Shown: positions 1-12,700 of the stretch, one piece after another
Position numbering within the stretch: the stretch's first letter is position 1
How the letters are laid out: the number at the start of each line of letters is the position of its first letter
NCBI GenBank assembly: GCA_008632985.1
Contig: QPGO01000149.1
Location: 62,001-126,000, forward strand
Source of the DNA: Psammoneis japonica
Lineage: Eukaryota
Direction of reading: 5' to 3'
DNA: 64,000 nucleotides
Program-made: the position numbers and the translations under genes
Notes under the pieces: generated by a model
Seen by the model: the letters and a program-made list of their open reading frames with translations, nothing else
What the model was told of the DNA's origin: nothing
Databases searched by the model: none

Positions 1-353
1 ATGGTCAGTTGTGGTTGCTTTGTGGCTGGATCCAATCAGCTGTCACATCCAACTAAGGACAAGGACATGAAACTTCGGACACCTTGAGGCATCGACTTTT
101 CTGTTCCATTGTACACTCTCTTTCTTGTTATGTTCCCTTGCTTCAACATCTTCTTTCATCATCGTCTTCTCTGCCGGTAAAAAGAGGTTCAACCATGAAC
201 ATGAATGAACAGAGCCCCAGTCGTGTTCCATCCGCAATCGGTCGGTCGGTCGGTCGGTCTGATGCAATGCCTAACTACTGTCCGCCGCCATCCGACAATG
301 AACGGAATCGGCGGGAGGCGACGATACAGTAAGTTCCAAAGTTAGTTGAAACC

Positions 354-1583
354 ATGGCCACGAACGATGCGACGCAGAAGGAAGAATTACTTGAGTTCTT
401 CAGCGGAACTTTCTTCGCATCGACCAGTAGCGTTCTCAAGGTGGCCAGCAAAACGACGTCTCCAGAGCGGTGGACTGACTTGCACCGCACGTCGTCGGCG
501 GTCAGGGTGAATGTGCGTAGAAAGAACCGAAGCGCCAAGAATTTAGATCCCTACACGGTGACACGCAACGCCATCGAGCAACCCAACGACGGCGTTGCAT
601 CATCCGGGCTGACGACCACAACAGACAGTGACGACAAGTCAGTATCAGCGAAGCAGGGCATTTGGGGTAGCGACATGTTTGGGCGTAAAAAATTCAACCC
701 AAAGCTGGCGCAAATAGCTCATATCATTCCCGCCGGGAAGCTCGAACATGAAGAATGGTTTGGTGTTGCTGCTGCGATGATTGGACTGGACGAAAACACT
801 TCGACAAAGAAAAAGCTCATGGCAATACGAGGAACTAACGAGCTACCCAATACTAGCGAGGAAGGAAAGGAAAAAGGAAAACCTGAACGAGTGCGCAATT
901 CTGGTATAGTGCATTCTGTAAGCAACAAACTACGCCTTGAAGGTCAGGGGGGTATCGTGGATGGAAGCCAGCCAAGTATGCTCATTATCCCTGCGATGAC
1001 TCTGGATGATGCCAAGGCCTGGTCTGGACAGGGCTACATCGCAGCAGTGTTGATCGGCCTACCAGAATCAGATGGTCCATTGGGCTATCTTCTGGACGAG
1101 GAGATGGAGACTTTGGTGTATGGATCGGTTGGCTTGAAAGACAGGAAACTGTTTGAACAGCTCAAGAATAGAACTGGTGCTATACTAACTGTTCCAAAGG
1201 TTGAAGAGCACATACTGATACAAAAAGCCTGCCAAGCGTTGACATCTACTCTTCTTGGTCTTGCCCAATATGTGTGATCGCTCAAGGATTTGGATTTGTC
1301 TCTACTGGATATCAAGAATCAGAGACTGCTCAAGGAACGTTCGCAGAATATGAAAGAGGTGTTTCATATTCCTGAGCTCAAGGATCGGATCAGTTCGCCT
1401 ATTTTATTCGTCCGCTTTTTCAAAGCCGCCAATGGGTTTTCCTTAATGGCCGGGCAAAAGTTGCTTGCGAACGCTGCGGCACCGGTTCTGTCCGAGCATG
1501 ATGAAGAACTAGAGGAATTAGATTGCCTTGCAGAAACCCACTACCTTGCTGTGATGCCAGGTGAACCACTACATGTCTCATGA
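354..1583 (+). pseudogene. Disrupted ORF, possibly HNH-endonuclease-like (Crinkler-type C-terminal domain)
   Basis: 307-aa ORF with a QIAHIIP motif resembling HNH_2-type domains; in-frame TGA at 1275-1277, after which the same frame continues (1290-1583). Family call from motif memory only. Confidence 0.35.
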
Positions 1584-2106
1584 CGGCGATGTCCCACACA
1601 ACCAACAAACAAGACGGGATGCCAATCTCAACAACTCGGTGTCGTATGGTACAGTAGCGATACCTCAGAAGAAAAGACAATGCCAGAATATCCATTTTTG
1701 AGGGCTGTCCTTGACATCTAAGGCTGGGTTTGTCGAATCAGTGTTTCTTTCGCTTGAAGCCTTGTCAGTACTTGTTGCGTGAAAAGGGAGTCAAGAAATC
1801 GAACAAAGTGGCCCGATAAAGAGCTAGTTGTTCTTCTGCACGATGAAGGTTCCGGCCTTCCGGGACCACCCATAAATGCCGAAGAAACAAGTAGTCATCC
1901 CGAGAACTCTGAAGGATCGTTTTGTTGAATCGGCCAAAATTAGGGAGTAGAGCCTTTCCTTAGTCATTTGCCGCTTCTATTTCACGTCAGTAGCAACACT
2001 CTTTGGACTACAAGGCGCTCGTCCATCTGGTATCTTTTGTCTAGGGTATTGCAAATTGACATGGCATAGGACAGATTCAACATTTTCGTAGACATTCCTC
2101 AGGACT

Positions 2107-4054
2107 TCATTCTTGCAAACAGTTTGGGAGGTTTCGTTCACCGAGTTCCTTCGTTATCATACGAATTGAATACAAGCACTTTGTGACCACTCTTTTCCAT
2201 TTGCCAGCACTGACTTTGCGTCGGCCCTCTAGCAGTTTCTTCTTTGGTTCGCCATTGAGGAAATCGTCAGCAAGAATCCCTTGACCAAGCAAAGCAATGA
2301 TGAAGTTTTCCACAAGATTAATAGCGCATTTGCTTCCTGACTTTCCTATTGCTTTTGAAAAGGCTTTTGCGCTATCGTTCTCGAGCTTTGAGCCTCGCTT
2401 TTCGATGAGCTGTACCCACTTCATGGCCTGTTTCAGTCTGTCGAGAGATACAATGATATCTCCATGTTTTGTAGCTTCTTCGATGGACCTCTTTGTTTTT
2501 GCAAGTGAAATGTTTCCGTATCCACCAATTTCAAACCACCAAACGCTTTGAGCTGTGAATCGAAGGTTTCGATTAGGCCGGCAAGGCACTCAAGGTATGG
2601 GCAAGTAACATTATTGCTAAAACCCGAGGAAACGGCCCTGTACTAGATTCGCTCGCAAACTCAAAGACTCTGAAATGGCCATTGTCTCCCCATTTTTACT
2701 ATTCGCTCCAGGGCTTCCTAATGCAAAGTAGTGCCATCCCCGGACATTGATACTCCAAAATGGAATTGTGCTTCCCATCTCCTTGGTTCTCTCCCGTAAT
2801 GTAATTACCAACCCGTCCCCACGAAGTTCCGTCCCACTCATACACTCGAGCCTGCCCCGCCATGTCATTGAACGCTGCCGTGTATCCTACAACTCGTCTC
2901 CCATCACTTGAAATATCAACTACCCGACCAAAATATTCCCGGTCTACTTCCCCAGTAATATCACCGCCAACCTGCACCCACGCAGCGTCGTGACACTCGT
3001 AAACGCTTAGCTTTCCGGAATAAGTTTTGCCATGAGAACCGGAAAACTCTCCAATGACGACTCTATTGCCGGTGTGCGACATGGCAACCGAGTAGCCAAA
3101 CGCATAACCACCATCCTTGTTGCCAAGAACATCTCCAAGTGGCTTCCAGGATGCGCCGTCGTATTCATAGACAACAACTATACCATACTCTTCATAGCCA
3201 CTCAAGCTTGTATACGGTGCGCCAACGGCAAGTCGGTTTCCATTTCCTGCCAGGGACAAGCCACGGCCAAACCAGTGATAGTACCCCCAAAAGTCTGGAA
3301 GGATATTCTGTCCAATCTGTTGCCACGAGGTTGATTTAGATTCCCACTCGTACACCTGAACAGGGCCACGACCATACGAAGGTGCACTGACTGCCATCCT
3401 ATGGCCATCATCGCTCATCGAAACAGCAAAGCCAAAGTCGTAGTCACTACCAACTATGTCACCTCCCATTTGCAACCACGAGGAACCGTCCCAATTGTAA
3501 ACACAAACAAACCCCAAATCATTACCTTGCGTGTTTACAAATTTTCTGGCGCCTATTGCTATTGTGAGTCCATCGCCAGAGAGCGAAACGGAACTTCCCA
3601 TGCGATCCCAGTCTTCCTTGCCGCTAATATCTGTTCCCATCTGTTTCCAGGAACCATTTGCCCATTTGTAAACGCGAACATGGCCGGCATAAGGGACGCC
3701 GTTGGCAAAGTTGCCCGCCGCCCCAATTGCCAATATTCGACCATTCTTGGAAAGAGACACAGATGCACCTGACTTGTCGCCATCGCCTTCTCCTTCAATG
3801 CTACTACCCAGTTGCGTCCATTCTCCAACAACGACCTTTGCGCGACGTTCTTCATGCGAATCGAGAGAAGGTGAATGGCGAGTAGGAATTTTACCCTTTG
3901 ACACCACCGAAGACGAAACATTCTTATTAAGGATTGACTTTCCCTTGATGTCTAACATGCGTGCAACTCTGTTTTCACCAATGGCAGTTATCACCGGCAG
4001 GGATGTCGTGAGGCAAACCAGGAGGGCGCAAGGTAGGGCAGTGCTGCAATGCAT
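2107..4054 (-). CDS. Secreted FG-GAP/beta-propeller repeat protein (frameshifted 3' part)
   Basis: Signal peptide followed by ~7 repeats of W-x-Q-[LMI]-G...G-x-S-V-S-L-S-x-D-G-x-x-L-A-I-G-A (ORF 2699-4054). The last repeat is broken by indels near 2700-2780; ORF 2107-2589 may be its continuation (uncertain). Confidence 0.7.
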
Positions 4055-4740
4055 TTCTAATGTTATTTTCTCTGAATGATGGCTTTGTGGCTAAATTTTG
4101 ACCCATCAACTTCTCATTGACGCCCGGCGAGATTTGTCGGGGATTTGGGCAAAAATCACAAGTGCGTTATCGCTGCGGGATATGGCACGCTGCAAATTTC
4201 TTGCAGGAAGATTCGTTCGATTCTTCGTCGATTGACAAGATAATCGTTTTCAGAAGTGTCAACCGGGTGACTGTCTATGCTAGGTTTCTCATACATCTAT
4301 GTTTTGCAAAGGCTGTAGTCAGGTTACTACCGTAGAGAATATCTGGTTGCTGCCGAATAGAGAATACATAAGATTGATGATGATTTTCAGATTGTCGACG
4401 AGAAAAAGTGACAAGGTCGAATCGAACATACGATCATGCATATCGATTTCGATAATATAAACGTATAGAAATGAAGGTATATTATCCTTCATACACATAT
4501 ATTCAGTGTTATATACATTTCATTAGAACGGTATTGAGATGGACATATTCAAAAAGTCCGAAGACCGAACACAGTTCGTTTGGCACAAAAAGTCCCGCGA
4601 GCACACGAAAACTTTTTCTTGTGACCCGCATTTTTCTTGTTGGTGAGCGACACCGCAACAGCATCCGCCGCTGTGTCGAAACCCTTGGGGCTCCTCTCAT
4701 CTCCTGTCTCTCAAAGTGACAGAGTCAACCGAGCTTCCTT

Positions 4741-6371
4741 ATGATGAAGAAGGACAATCTTCTGTTGCTCGTGATTGGCCTGTTGCCATGGTCTCTTTGG
4801 TCAGTCTTTTATGGTGTCAAAGTACTGCCGAAATTGGAGAGCACACGAGATCTCATTCAAGGAGGAAAGGCGGTGCTTTATCCTCAGCCAAAGGAAAAGA
4901 TGCTGAGAGTGACAGCTGAAAACATCGAAACAGAAAACAGACAAAATAAAGATCAAAACAAAACCACGAGGCAAGAGCCAGCAGACACGGAGCAAATTGA
5001 TAAGACCACCGCTAAAGCAGCCATTAGTCCGAAGCAACAAAAAGGCCCCACTGGCAAGGTCAATGTGCACCTTAACAACAACGAAGATGCGCCACTATTC
5101 ATTCTGCAAGTAGGTCCATCAAAAACAGGCACTAGTACATTGCAGTGGTTTGCTTCTGAGAACGAAAAGGGGCTGCAGAAGGACAACTTCTACTTCCTTG
5201 GAAACTACAGACACAATCACGACCATCCCGAATGGAACTTACACAAATTATGTGAGTCTTGTTATTCTTGCCAACGGGATCCCAAAAATTGTCAGTGTGA
5301 GGAAAATTGGGCCGCCTTTGAAAAGAATATCAATGAACACTATGAGCAAAATCACAACGTGTTGGTCATTGAAGAAATGTTCACAAACTTTTTGAATCCA
5401 GAGAACGAGCAGCAGTACCTCTGGAATAAGCTACTACCAATCTTGTCGAAATGGCGTGTCCGCATCGTATTTACCTACAGGTTTGTGTATAAGTCGGGAA
5501 AACAAAAGCACTGTCGCACATAAATTACATCGTCCTCGCTGACATCTTGTTGTTGCATGAATTGTTCTTATGCATTTCTATTTGGTGATGTAACAGAAGG
5601 TACTACGAGTGGATCCCCAGTGCCTACTTTCAAGCGTACAATCCCGATGGAGCAGGTACCAACAAGAACAAAAACGCACAACGCAACGAGTGGCCTCATG
5701 ACAACGGAAAGGAAATCCCTACATTTGAATCCTACTTTTCGTCCTACAGCAAGAGACTCGACAGGCAACCGGCGGGGATGATTGCAAAGTGGCGAGATCA
5801 TTTCCCGGGAAATGTATGGGTTTTCAATATGAACAACCCCGGTGACTTTATGCAAACTTTCTTTTGCAAAATGATTCCCGAAGCAACGAGCTTTTGCAAG
5901 TACCTTCAGTCAAATACAGCCAGTGTCACTCGGAATCCATCGTCTTCGAAAAACTTGCACTGGGATATGCTTGCCATGGAAGCATATAAGAGAGGATGGC
6001 TTGATACAAATAACAAGAGCAAAAAGAAGTTGTCCCGAAAGGGGGCAAGAGACGCTGTGCAAGAATTCTCCAAGAAGCAGGGGATCGAGTCGGTGACTGA
6101 CTTTGCCCCCCATTGCCTGTCAAAAGAGCAAATTAAGCTGCTTTTGGATAGGTCTCTTGACTTGGAGAAGGATCTTGTGCCTAGCTTCTTTGAATCCCCC
6201 TTGGGCGAAGCAGATTTACGAGCCAAGTTTGCAGAGTACGAGAAATCTGGAAAGTTTTGCTCAGTAGACGTTCACAAGACGTTTGAAGATGATCGCTGGA
6301 AGAAGTTCTTTGTCAATTTGAAGCAGTCTCAGACCGGAGGGAACGAAAAAGGCCGAGCATTGCGAAACTAA
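4741..6371 (+). CDS. Type II membrane protein, sulfotransferase-like P-loop family; exons 4741-5480, 5597-6371
   Basis: N-terminal TM helix, stem, LQVGPSKTGTSTLQ motif. GT-AG intron 5481-5596 joins VFTYR|RYYEWIPS in frame with ORF 5778-6371. Confidence 0.7.
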
Positions 6372-7052
6372 AAACAAAATGCACAACAGAAAGAAGAACG
6401 TATGAAGTAATTCACTATTCTTCAAGTCACTGCAGAAAGCAATAAAAAAGTTGGTGTTCATCGACATGGCCGCCAATGCATTTAACAATTTAGGTACTGT
6501 GTTGAATTATTCGAAAGCAGAAATCAGCGATGATCTTGACGGTACCTCTGGTGGAATGATATTCTACTGTAGCGACTTTCTCTCATCACAATACGTGCTT
6601 CACAGCTGTGTTACAGTTTTCCTTGCTAGTTCAATGGCACTACTACGTAAAGTAGGAATGACAACTCTACAAGAAACGTGAGAAAATGCGCGATCACAAT
6701 GGAACGTTCCTTTGTTCTGGTGTTGTTGCTGTACTTCAATTCCATTTAACGTTGCCTAACCCCCGAGGACGTCCACGATTGATCCTGACGCAAAAGAACG
6801 ATACTTGGAGCTGTGAGGCTCGACTGAATTGGTTTTGGAAGCCTTTAGAAGTACCTTTGTTTCCACGTTCCCCCCGCCTTTACGAATCATGCGTGACTTG
6901 AATTCGCGATGTCTATTCAATACGCGACCTGAAATATATTCATGCATGAATATATTGGATATGTTCACATTACGTCAATAGATTGAGTCACGCTTCGGTC
7001 GTATGTCTCGACACCAAATCCGAAGCCTCATCTTTCTTCGCATAATTTTTCG

Positions 7053-7650
7053 ATGCCAACCGCGGCAACAGCAACAAAGCAAAGAAAAACCATGGCACCA
7101 AATAATCGACTCTCGTCAAGTGAATACATTGCTCTGCGCGAGGCGTTTGAGCACTGTGACACCGATAAAGACGTAAGCAACACTTATATCGTGTGTTCTT
7201 TCGCTCATAACGTCACCAACAACCACTTGGACTCACAAATATATTACATGCGTACTCTCTTGTGTAAAGGGCTACATATCTCTGCAGGATATGCAGAAAA
7301 TGATGAGTAGGCTAGGGTACGAGTCGTCTCGCTCGGACATCAAGCGAGTGTATAGAAGATTGGATAGCGAGTATGAGGATGCGATTTCCTTTCCAGAATT
7401 CGTTGACTTGTGTTCCATGAGACATCACACAACCACATCAAAACACGATCCAGACAGGGAGCTGAGAGACGCCTTCAAAGTATTCGACTGCAACAATACC
7501 GGGTATATTTGTCGAGAAAGCTTGTACGAGTGCCTCAAGAAGATAGGAGTCGAAATCCAAGAGAAGGAGGTTGACGCGATCATGTTGGCAGCCGGGATTC
7601 AACCGGGTGGCAAGATGGACTTTGAGACGTTCAAACGGATAATGAGATGA
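7053..7650 (+). CDS. Calmodulin/centrin-like EF-hand protein; exons 7053-7172, 7270-7650
   Basis: Splicing intron 7173-7269 restores EF loop DTDKD|GYISLQDM; further EF hands at DSEYEDAISFPEF and AFKVFDCNNTGYICRESL. Confidence 0.85.
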
Positions 7651-7942
7651 AGGCACTCAGGAACATGTACATTTCTGTGATCTGTAAGTAAACAGACACA
7701 AACGGAATTCAATTTAGGATCATGCATATGCGTAACTGCTATTAGAACGACAATCGCACAGAAAATTCATGTTATACCGGTAGCTTCGGTTGCCGGCAAA
7801 TTGGAAAAAGGAGTGGACAGCACAACTCTCACCATTTGTGGTGCTCGTGGCATGTTTCAAATTTGATTTCGCCGCTACTTTGCGTTCTCCTCTCTCCTCG
7901 CTTTACCTGAAAGCTTCCGTTCAACCGACTTACGGAATCTAT

Positions 7943-9186
7943 TCATCGGCCCGACAAGCATCTTATTCTGTTCTTGGCAACGTGTTCCTTGACAACCTTG
8001 TCGGCATGCTCTTGTGTAATCGTGGAATGCCTTCTGACCGCGCTCGCTCCCCGTTTCTCAAAGTCATCCAACGCCACTCTGCCATCACAATCCTGATCCA
8101 TTTCAAAAAACACTTCTCCCACCTCGGCTGTCGTAGCACCCTCGGCCTTGAGGAGTCGTTCCATTTGTCAAACGTTACTGAGCCACGTGCATGGTTGTGT
8201 CGGCCAAATCTTCTCAAATCCCGATAAGGACACAAGTCAATCTCAAACTCATCCTTGTCGCTGTCCACGTCTGAGGACATGGTTGACATGGTCTCTTGCA
8301 CCGACGGTGGTTCCTCCGTCTTTTGCTTTTCCAAGTGAAACAAATCCACTCCCTCCAACGCCAAGTCCTTGTCTGCTGCAGGATTTGATTCCTTGGCTCT
8401 GCCAATAATTCTCGCTGGCGCACCAACGGCAGTACACCCGGCAGGGAGGGGCCTCAGACAATGCTACCCGCTCCAATCTTGGCCTTGTCTCCAATCCTGA
8501 TGTTTCCGAGAATGGAACATTGGCTCCTATCAATACCTTTTCACCAACCTTGGGATGACGATCCCCAAGTCCTTTCCAGTACCACCCAGAGTGACACCAT
8601 GAAGTATCGTACACCCGTTCCCCACTACGGCGGTCTCGCCAATGACAATACCCGTTCCATGATCCAACAAGACTCCCGCACCAATCGTAGCGGCAGGATG
8701 AATATCGACTCCAAACATGGCGGACGCTTGCGATTGCAAAAAGAGCGCCACCATGGATGTTTCGTCCTGTGCAAGTCTGCGTTTGGCGACACGATGACAT
8801 ACAAGAGCCGCAAATCCCTTGAAAAACAAAACAATTTCCAGAATGGTTTTGCACGCTGGATCTCGGTTAAACACGGCGACACAATCCTCGCGCACCGCTT
8901 GCTTCATGGTGCAGCCCAATTCCAACACGGATTCTTGATCAAAGGCCCACTTGAATATATCTCTTAGACTGTCCACAGAAAATAAATCACTAGAGCAGTC
9001 ACCCATGAGACGACACGAAATGGTGCTTGCCACGGCGTCTTCAAACGTCTCGACAGTTTCGCGCAAGACTGTTTTGTTTAGCAGATTCGATAGCTCTGGT
9101 TCCTTTTCTTTTGCAGCTAGGGCCTCCTTTCGGAGTCGAACGGAAAGACTTTCCTCACGTAGCGAAGTAAGATCAATGGTTTCCAT
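7943..9186 (-). CDS. SAT: Serine O-acetyltransferase (CysE family) with C-terminal EF-hand; several frameshifts
   Basis: RDPAC, FFKGF, FGVDIHPAATIGAGVLLDHGTGIVIGETAVVGNGCTILHGVTLGGTGK, then GDRHPKVG and KIGAGS in shifted frames; VFFEMDQDCDGRVALDDF in ORF 7943-8164. 3' end approximate. Confidence 0.85.
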
Positions 9187-9770
9187 TCTTACGATAAGAT
9201 TTGCACTTCAATATTATTTAGGATGATGTTGATCAAACGTGCAGAGTTTTTGGTGATGGCTATTTTTTTCGATTTTTTGGTTTACTTGATGTCAGCTACT
9301 CTGTGCGAGTTTCGAAACTGGTTTCCGTCTGAAATGAATGAATAAATGTCAAAATCGGCGATGATGATCTAGGGCCCTATCTATGTAGGGCTACTTACTA
9401 CTAGAGTAGAGGCCTATCTGATCGATCGATCGACAGTCTTCGATGACCACGTCAGTCATTCCGTTAGTGACGCTATTGTCTCCGCCAAGAAGAACTATAT
9501 AATTGCATTTAAATATATAGATACATATGTGTTATTAGCTCTTTTTTCTTAATAGTTACGTAAGATTTTACAAAGAAGGTACGGCAATAACGAACGATTC
9601 AACTTTTGACGCCAGCTGACGCATGCGTTTCTCCCCTCACCAAAATCGCGCGGTATTCCATCGCTCGCTGTTTTCGCTTCCGACACCGAAGATCGCTCTC
9701 GCTGTCAAAGAAGACACACGTTGAGCCAACGGAAACACACAACAAGAACAAAAATCCATCAATAGCGACC

Positions 9771-12700
9771 ATGAGCAAATGGTGGTCGTTTGCGCTGGCG
9801 GCACTCTTGTTTCTTGAAGCGTCGCAACCCTTGGATGCCTTTGTGCCGGCGGGATGGGTGCAAAGGCCCCTGAATTTCATCGGAAACACCGTCTTGCTCG
9901 CCAAAAAGAAGGGCTTCAGTGGGCGGCTATTCGATGATATTGATAGTCCCAAGAAAAAGAAAAAGCGTCGTGAGGAAATTCAACTAGAGGCTAAGAAAAA
10001 AGCGATGATCCTGATGGCAAGAATTCTAAGGATCAAGGGGTTCAGAATATTCTTGGCGAGGAGAAAGAGAAAGAGCCTCTGAATGTTCTTGGGCAGATCC
10101 TTCACATCGATGATGATGAAAAGAAGGAGCCTCTTAGTGTCCTTGACGAAATCCAAGAGGTGGTAAATTCGGATCAGGCGGATATCCTTCATAAGAATGA
10201 TACTCAGCAAGTGCCGGAGTTTAAGGTGATAGATGAACCAGTTCCAGATCTTGAGGTTGACAGCAATATCTCTGAAGAACCGCCTAGCAAGCGGTCTCTA
10301 TCGCCCGAATCCATAAGGTTTAGCGCGAATAATGATGAAATTGAGAAATCAATGAAGATGCCAGCGTCGTTAATGCCGGATGACATGAAATTCAGTGAAA
10401 ACGTCAAAGAGCTGAAACCCTCGAGAAAGCTTGAAATGCCAGCTTCGCTCCCGGCGGATGCGCTAAGAATCGACATTCCCTCGTCGGCGTTTGCCGAAGC
10501 CACGAGACGGAAAGCGCCAAGGGCCGCATCACCTTCTCCGAAGCAAGAGGTTGTGCCTGCTTCGCTACCTGCGGATCCGATTCGTCTTGAGTTGCCCCAC
10601 ATGAAGTATACAGAAGCTACAAGTTTCAGCAAGACACGAGTTTTACCGCATCCACCAAAGTCTCCGCCCAAGACTCCACCCAAGATTGAGGCTGAGAATG
10701 TCGAGGAGGCATCAGAATTGCCTGGCTTGAAGAATGCAGAAGCTGTGAATACCAGAATGCCACGAGTTCTGCCAGATCCAACGACAGAAACTCCACCTAA
10801 ATCTCCACCCAAGATTCAGGCCGAGAACGTCGACAAGGCAGCAGATCAGGAGCGCCCGATTGCTATTCATCCTGATCCTTCCATTCTTCCGCCAGAGTAT
10901 CCTCGCAAGCCTCCAGTTCGAAACACCGCGGTACCACCAAAGCATCGTGTCCCTGGTTCGCTGGCCCCTGACCCAATAAGGCTTGACTTGCCTGAAATGA
11001 AATACACAGAGGCTACCTATCGCAAGACGCCGGTATCTGTACAACAGAATCCACCCGTGATTGAGTCAGAGACACCGCAGGTGCAAGCAGAAAACAACGA
11101 AAGGGACGCCGCTTTGGAGACCCCTTTAGAGCCCGATCCAGCCGCGGTTGCTCGAGAGAGTCACAGCAAGCTCCAGTCGAAAATGATGCACCAAAGAATA
11201 ATCATTTGCCATATTCCTTGTCCCCTGATCCGATACGACTTGACTTGCCGGACATGAAGTACACGGAAGCGACGCATCGCAAGCCACCGGTATCACAACC
11301 GCCGGATGAACCCGCAATCTCGAGATCGCAGAGTATTCGTGACACGGTGTTTAACAATGACAGGATGGCAGCGGAGTTTAGAATGCCAATGACTCTTGAG
11401 CCTGATGAAAGCATACTGGCCCCCGAAAAACCGCAGATAAGCAAGCGGGCGAAACCTGCCGTAGTGACTGCCTCCAAGGAGAGCCTTCCAGCATCGCTTG
11501 CGCCTGATACATCAACTCTCGCTCCAGAAAAGCCACAGAAAGTTCCAAGCGTGGGTGAAGCAAAAACAGAAATGGAAGAAGCAACGGCATCCCTAACTCC
11601 TGATCCAGAGAACTCACAGAAAGAGCCACAAGACTATAGCAAGGAAACTTTAGAGCAGAGCGTACCTGAACCAACTGCAGCAATACCAGAAAAGGGTCAA
11701 GATGAAGCCAAGAAAGAAGACGATGTCATGCTTGCGGAAGAGAACGCGGTGCTTGAATCTCTAGAGTCCGAGCCTGCGATGGATGCTCCTGAGCAGAACA
11801 GCGTTGTAGCCAGAAAAGTTCCACACTACATGATGCCTTTGTATCAGGCTCCGCATGTTGGCGCGAGGCACCAGAGAGGGACAAAGCCAAAGTACTCTAT
11901 GCCAGAATCTCTCCCACCCGATGCTACGACGCTCGCTCCAGAAGCTCCTCACAAGGACACGAGAGAGGGTGCCATGGCAGCGTCAAAGAACAGACTGTCT
12001 GCACCGGTGTCTTTAGAGCCTGATTCACACACGATTTCACAATTGGTCTATAAAAGTGATTCGCCTAGGTCTCAACAACGCACAGATAGCGTGGAAAGAA
12101 GGTATCAGATGCCAAAGTCACTTCCAGCTGATCCGCACACAATTTCACAACTGGTTTATAACAGTGATTCTGTTGTCAGGAAGCCGATGAGGGAAACTAA
12201 TAGCGACATGCCGATATCTCGATCGCTGTCTCCCGATCCAAGCACTCTTGAACCGGAGAGTCCGCGAAAAGTACAAATCGACGACGTCAAGGCACATGCA
12301 AATAGCGAGAAAGTAGTGACGTCGTCTCCCGACCCACTCTCCCTGGCTTCAGACAATACAGAAACGGCGAAGAGAAGGACAGTGCGAAAACTAAAGAGGA
12401 TGATACGTCAATAATTCTGCCACCTCATCCACTGCCGCTTGCATCAGATCCTCGGGAAAAGGACACGAGCTTATCGGCAGCGGTGAATTGGGGCGGCGAT
12501 GGGTCTTTTGTCTCTAAAGGACTACTAAGTCGTATTGCTCGTCGAAGCTTTGTTGGCAGCATCACCTTATTTCTTTCAAAAAGCACAACGACGCTGCTGG
12601 TGGTGAAGGCCATGAGGAGCCTCCTACTGCCGAAGAAGGGTTGCCGGACATGCCAACGTCTCAAGGGCCTGATTTACCAGCTTTGGATAATCCGTCAAGG

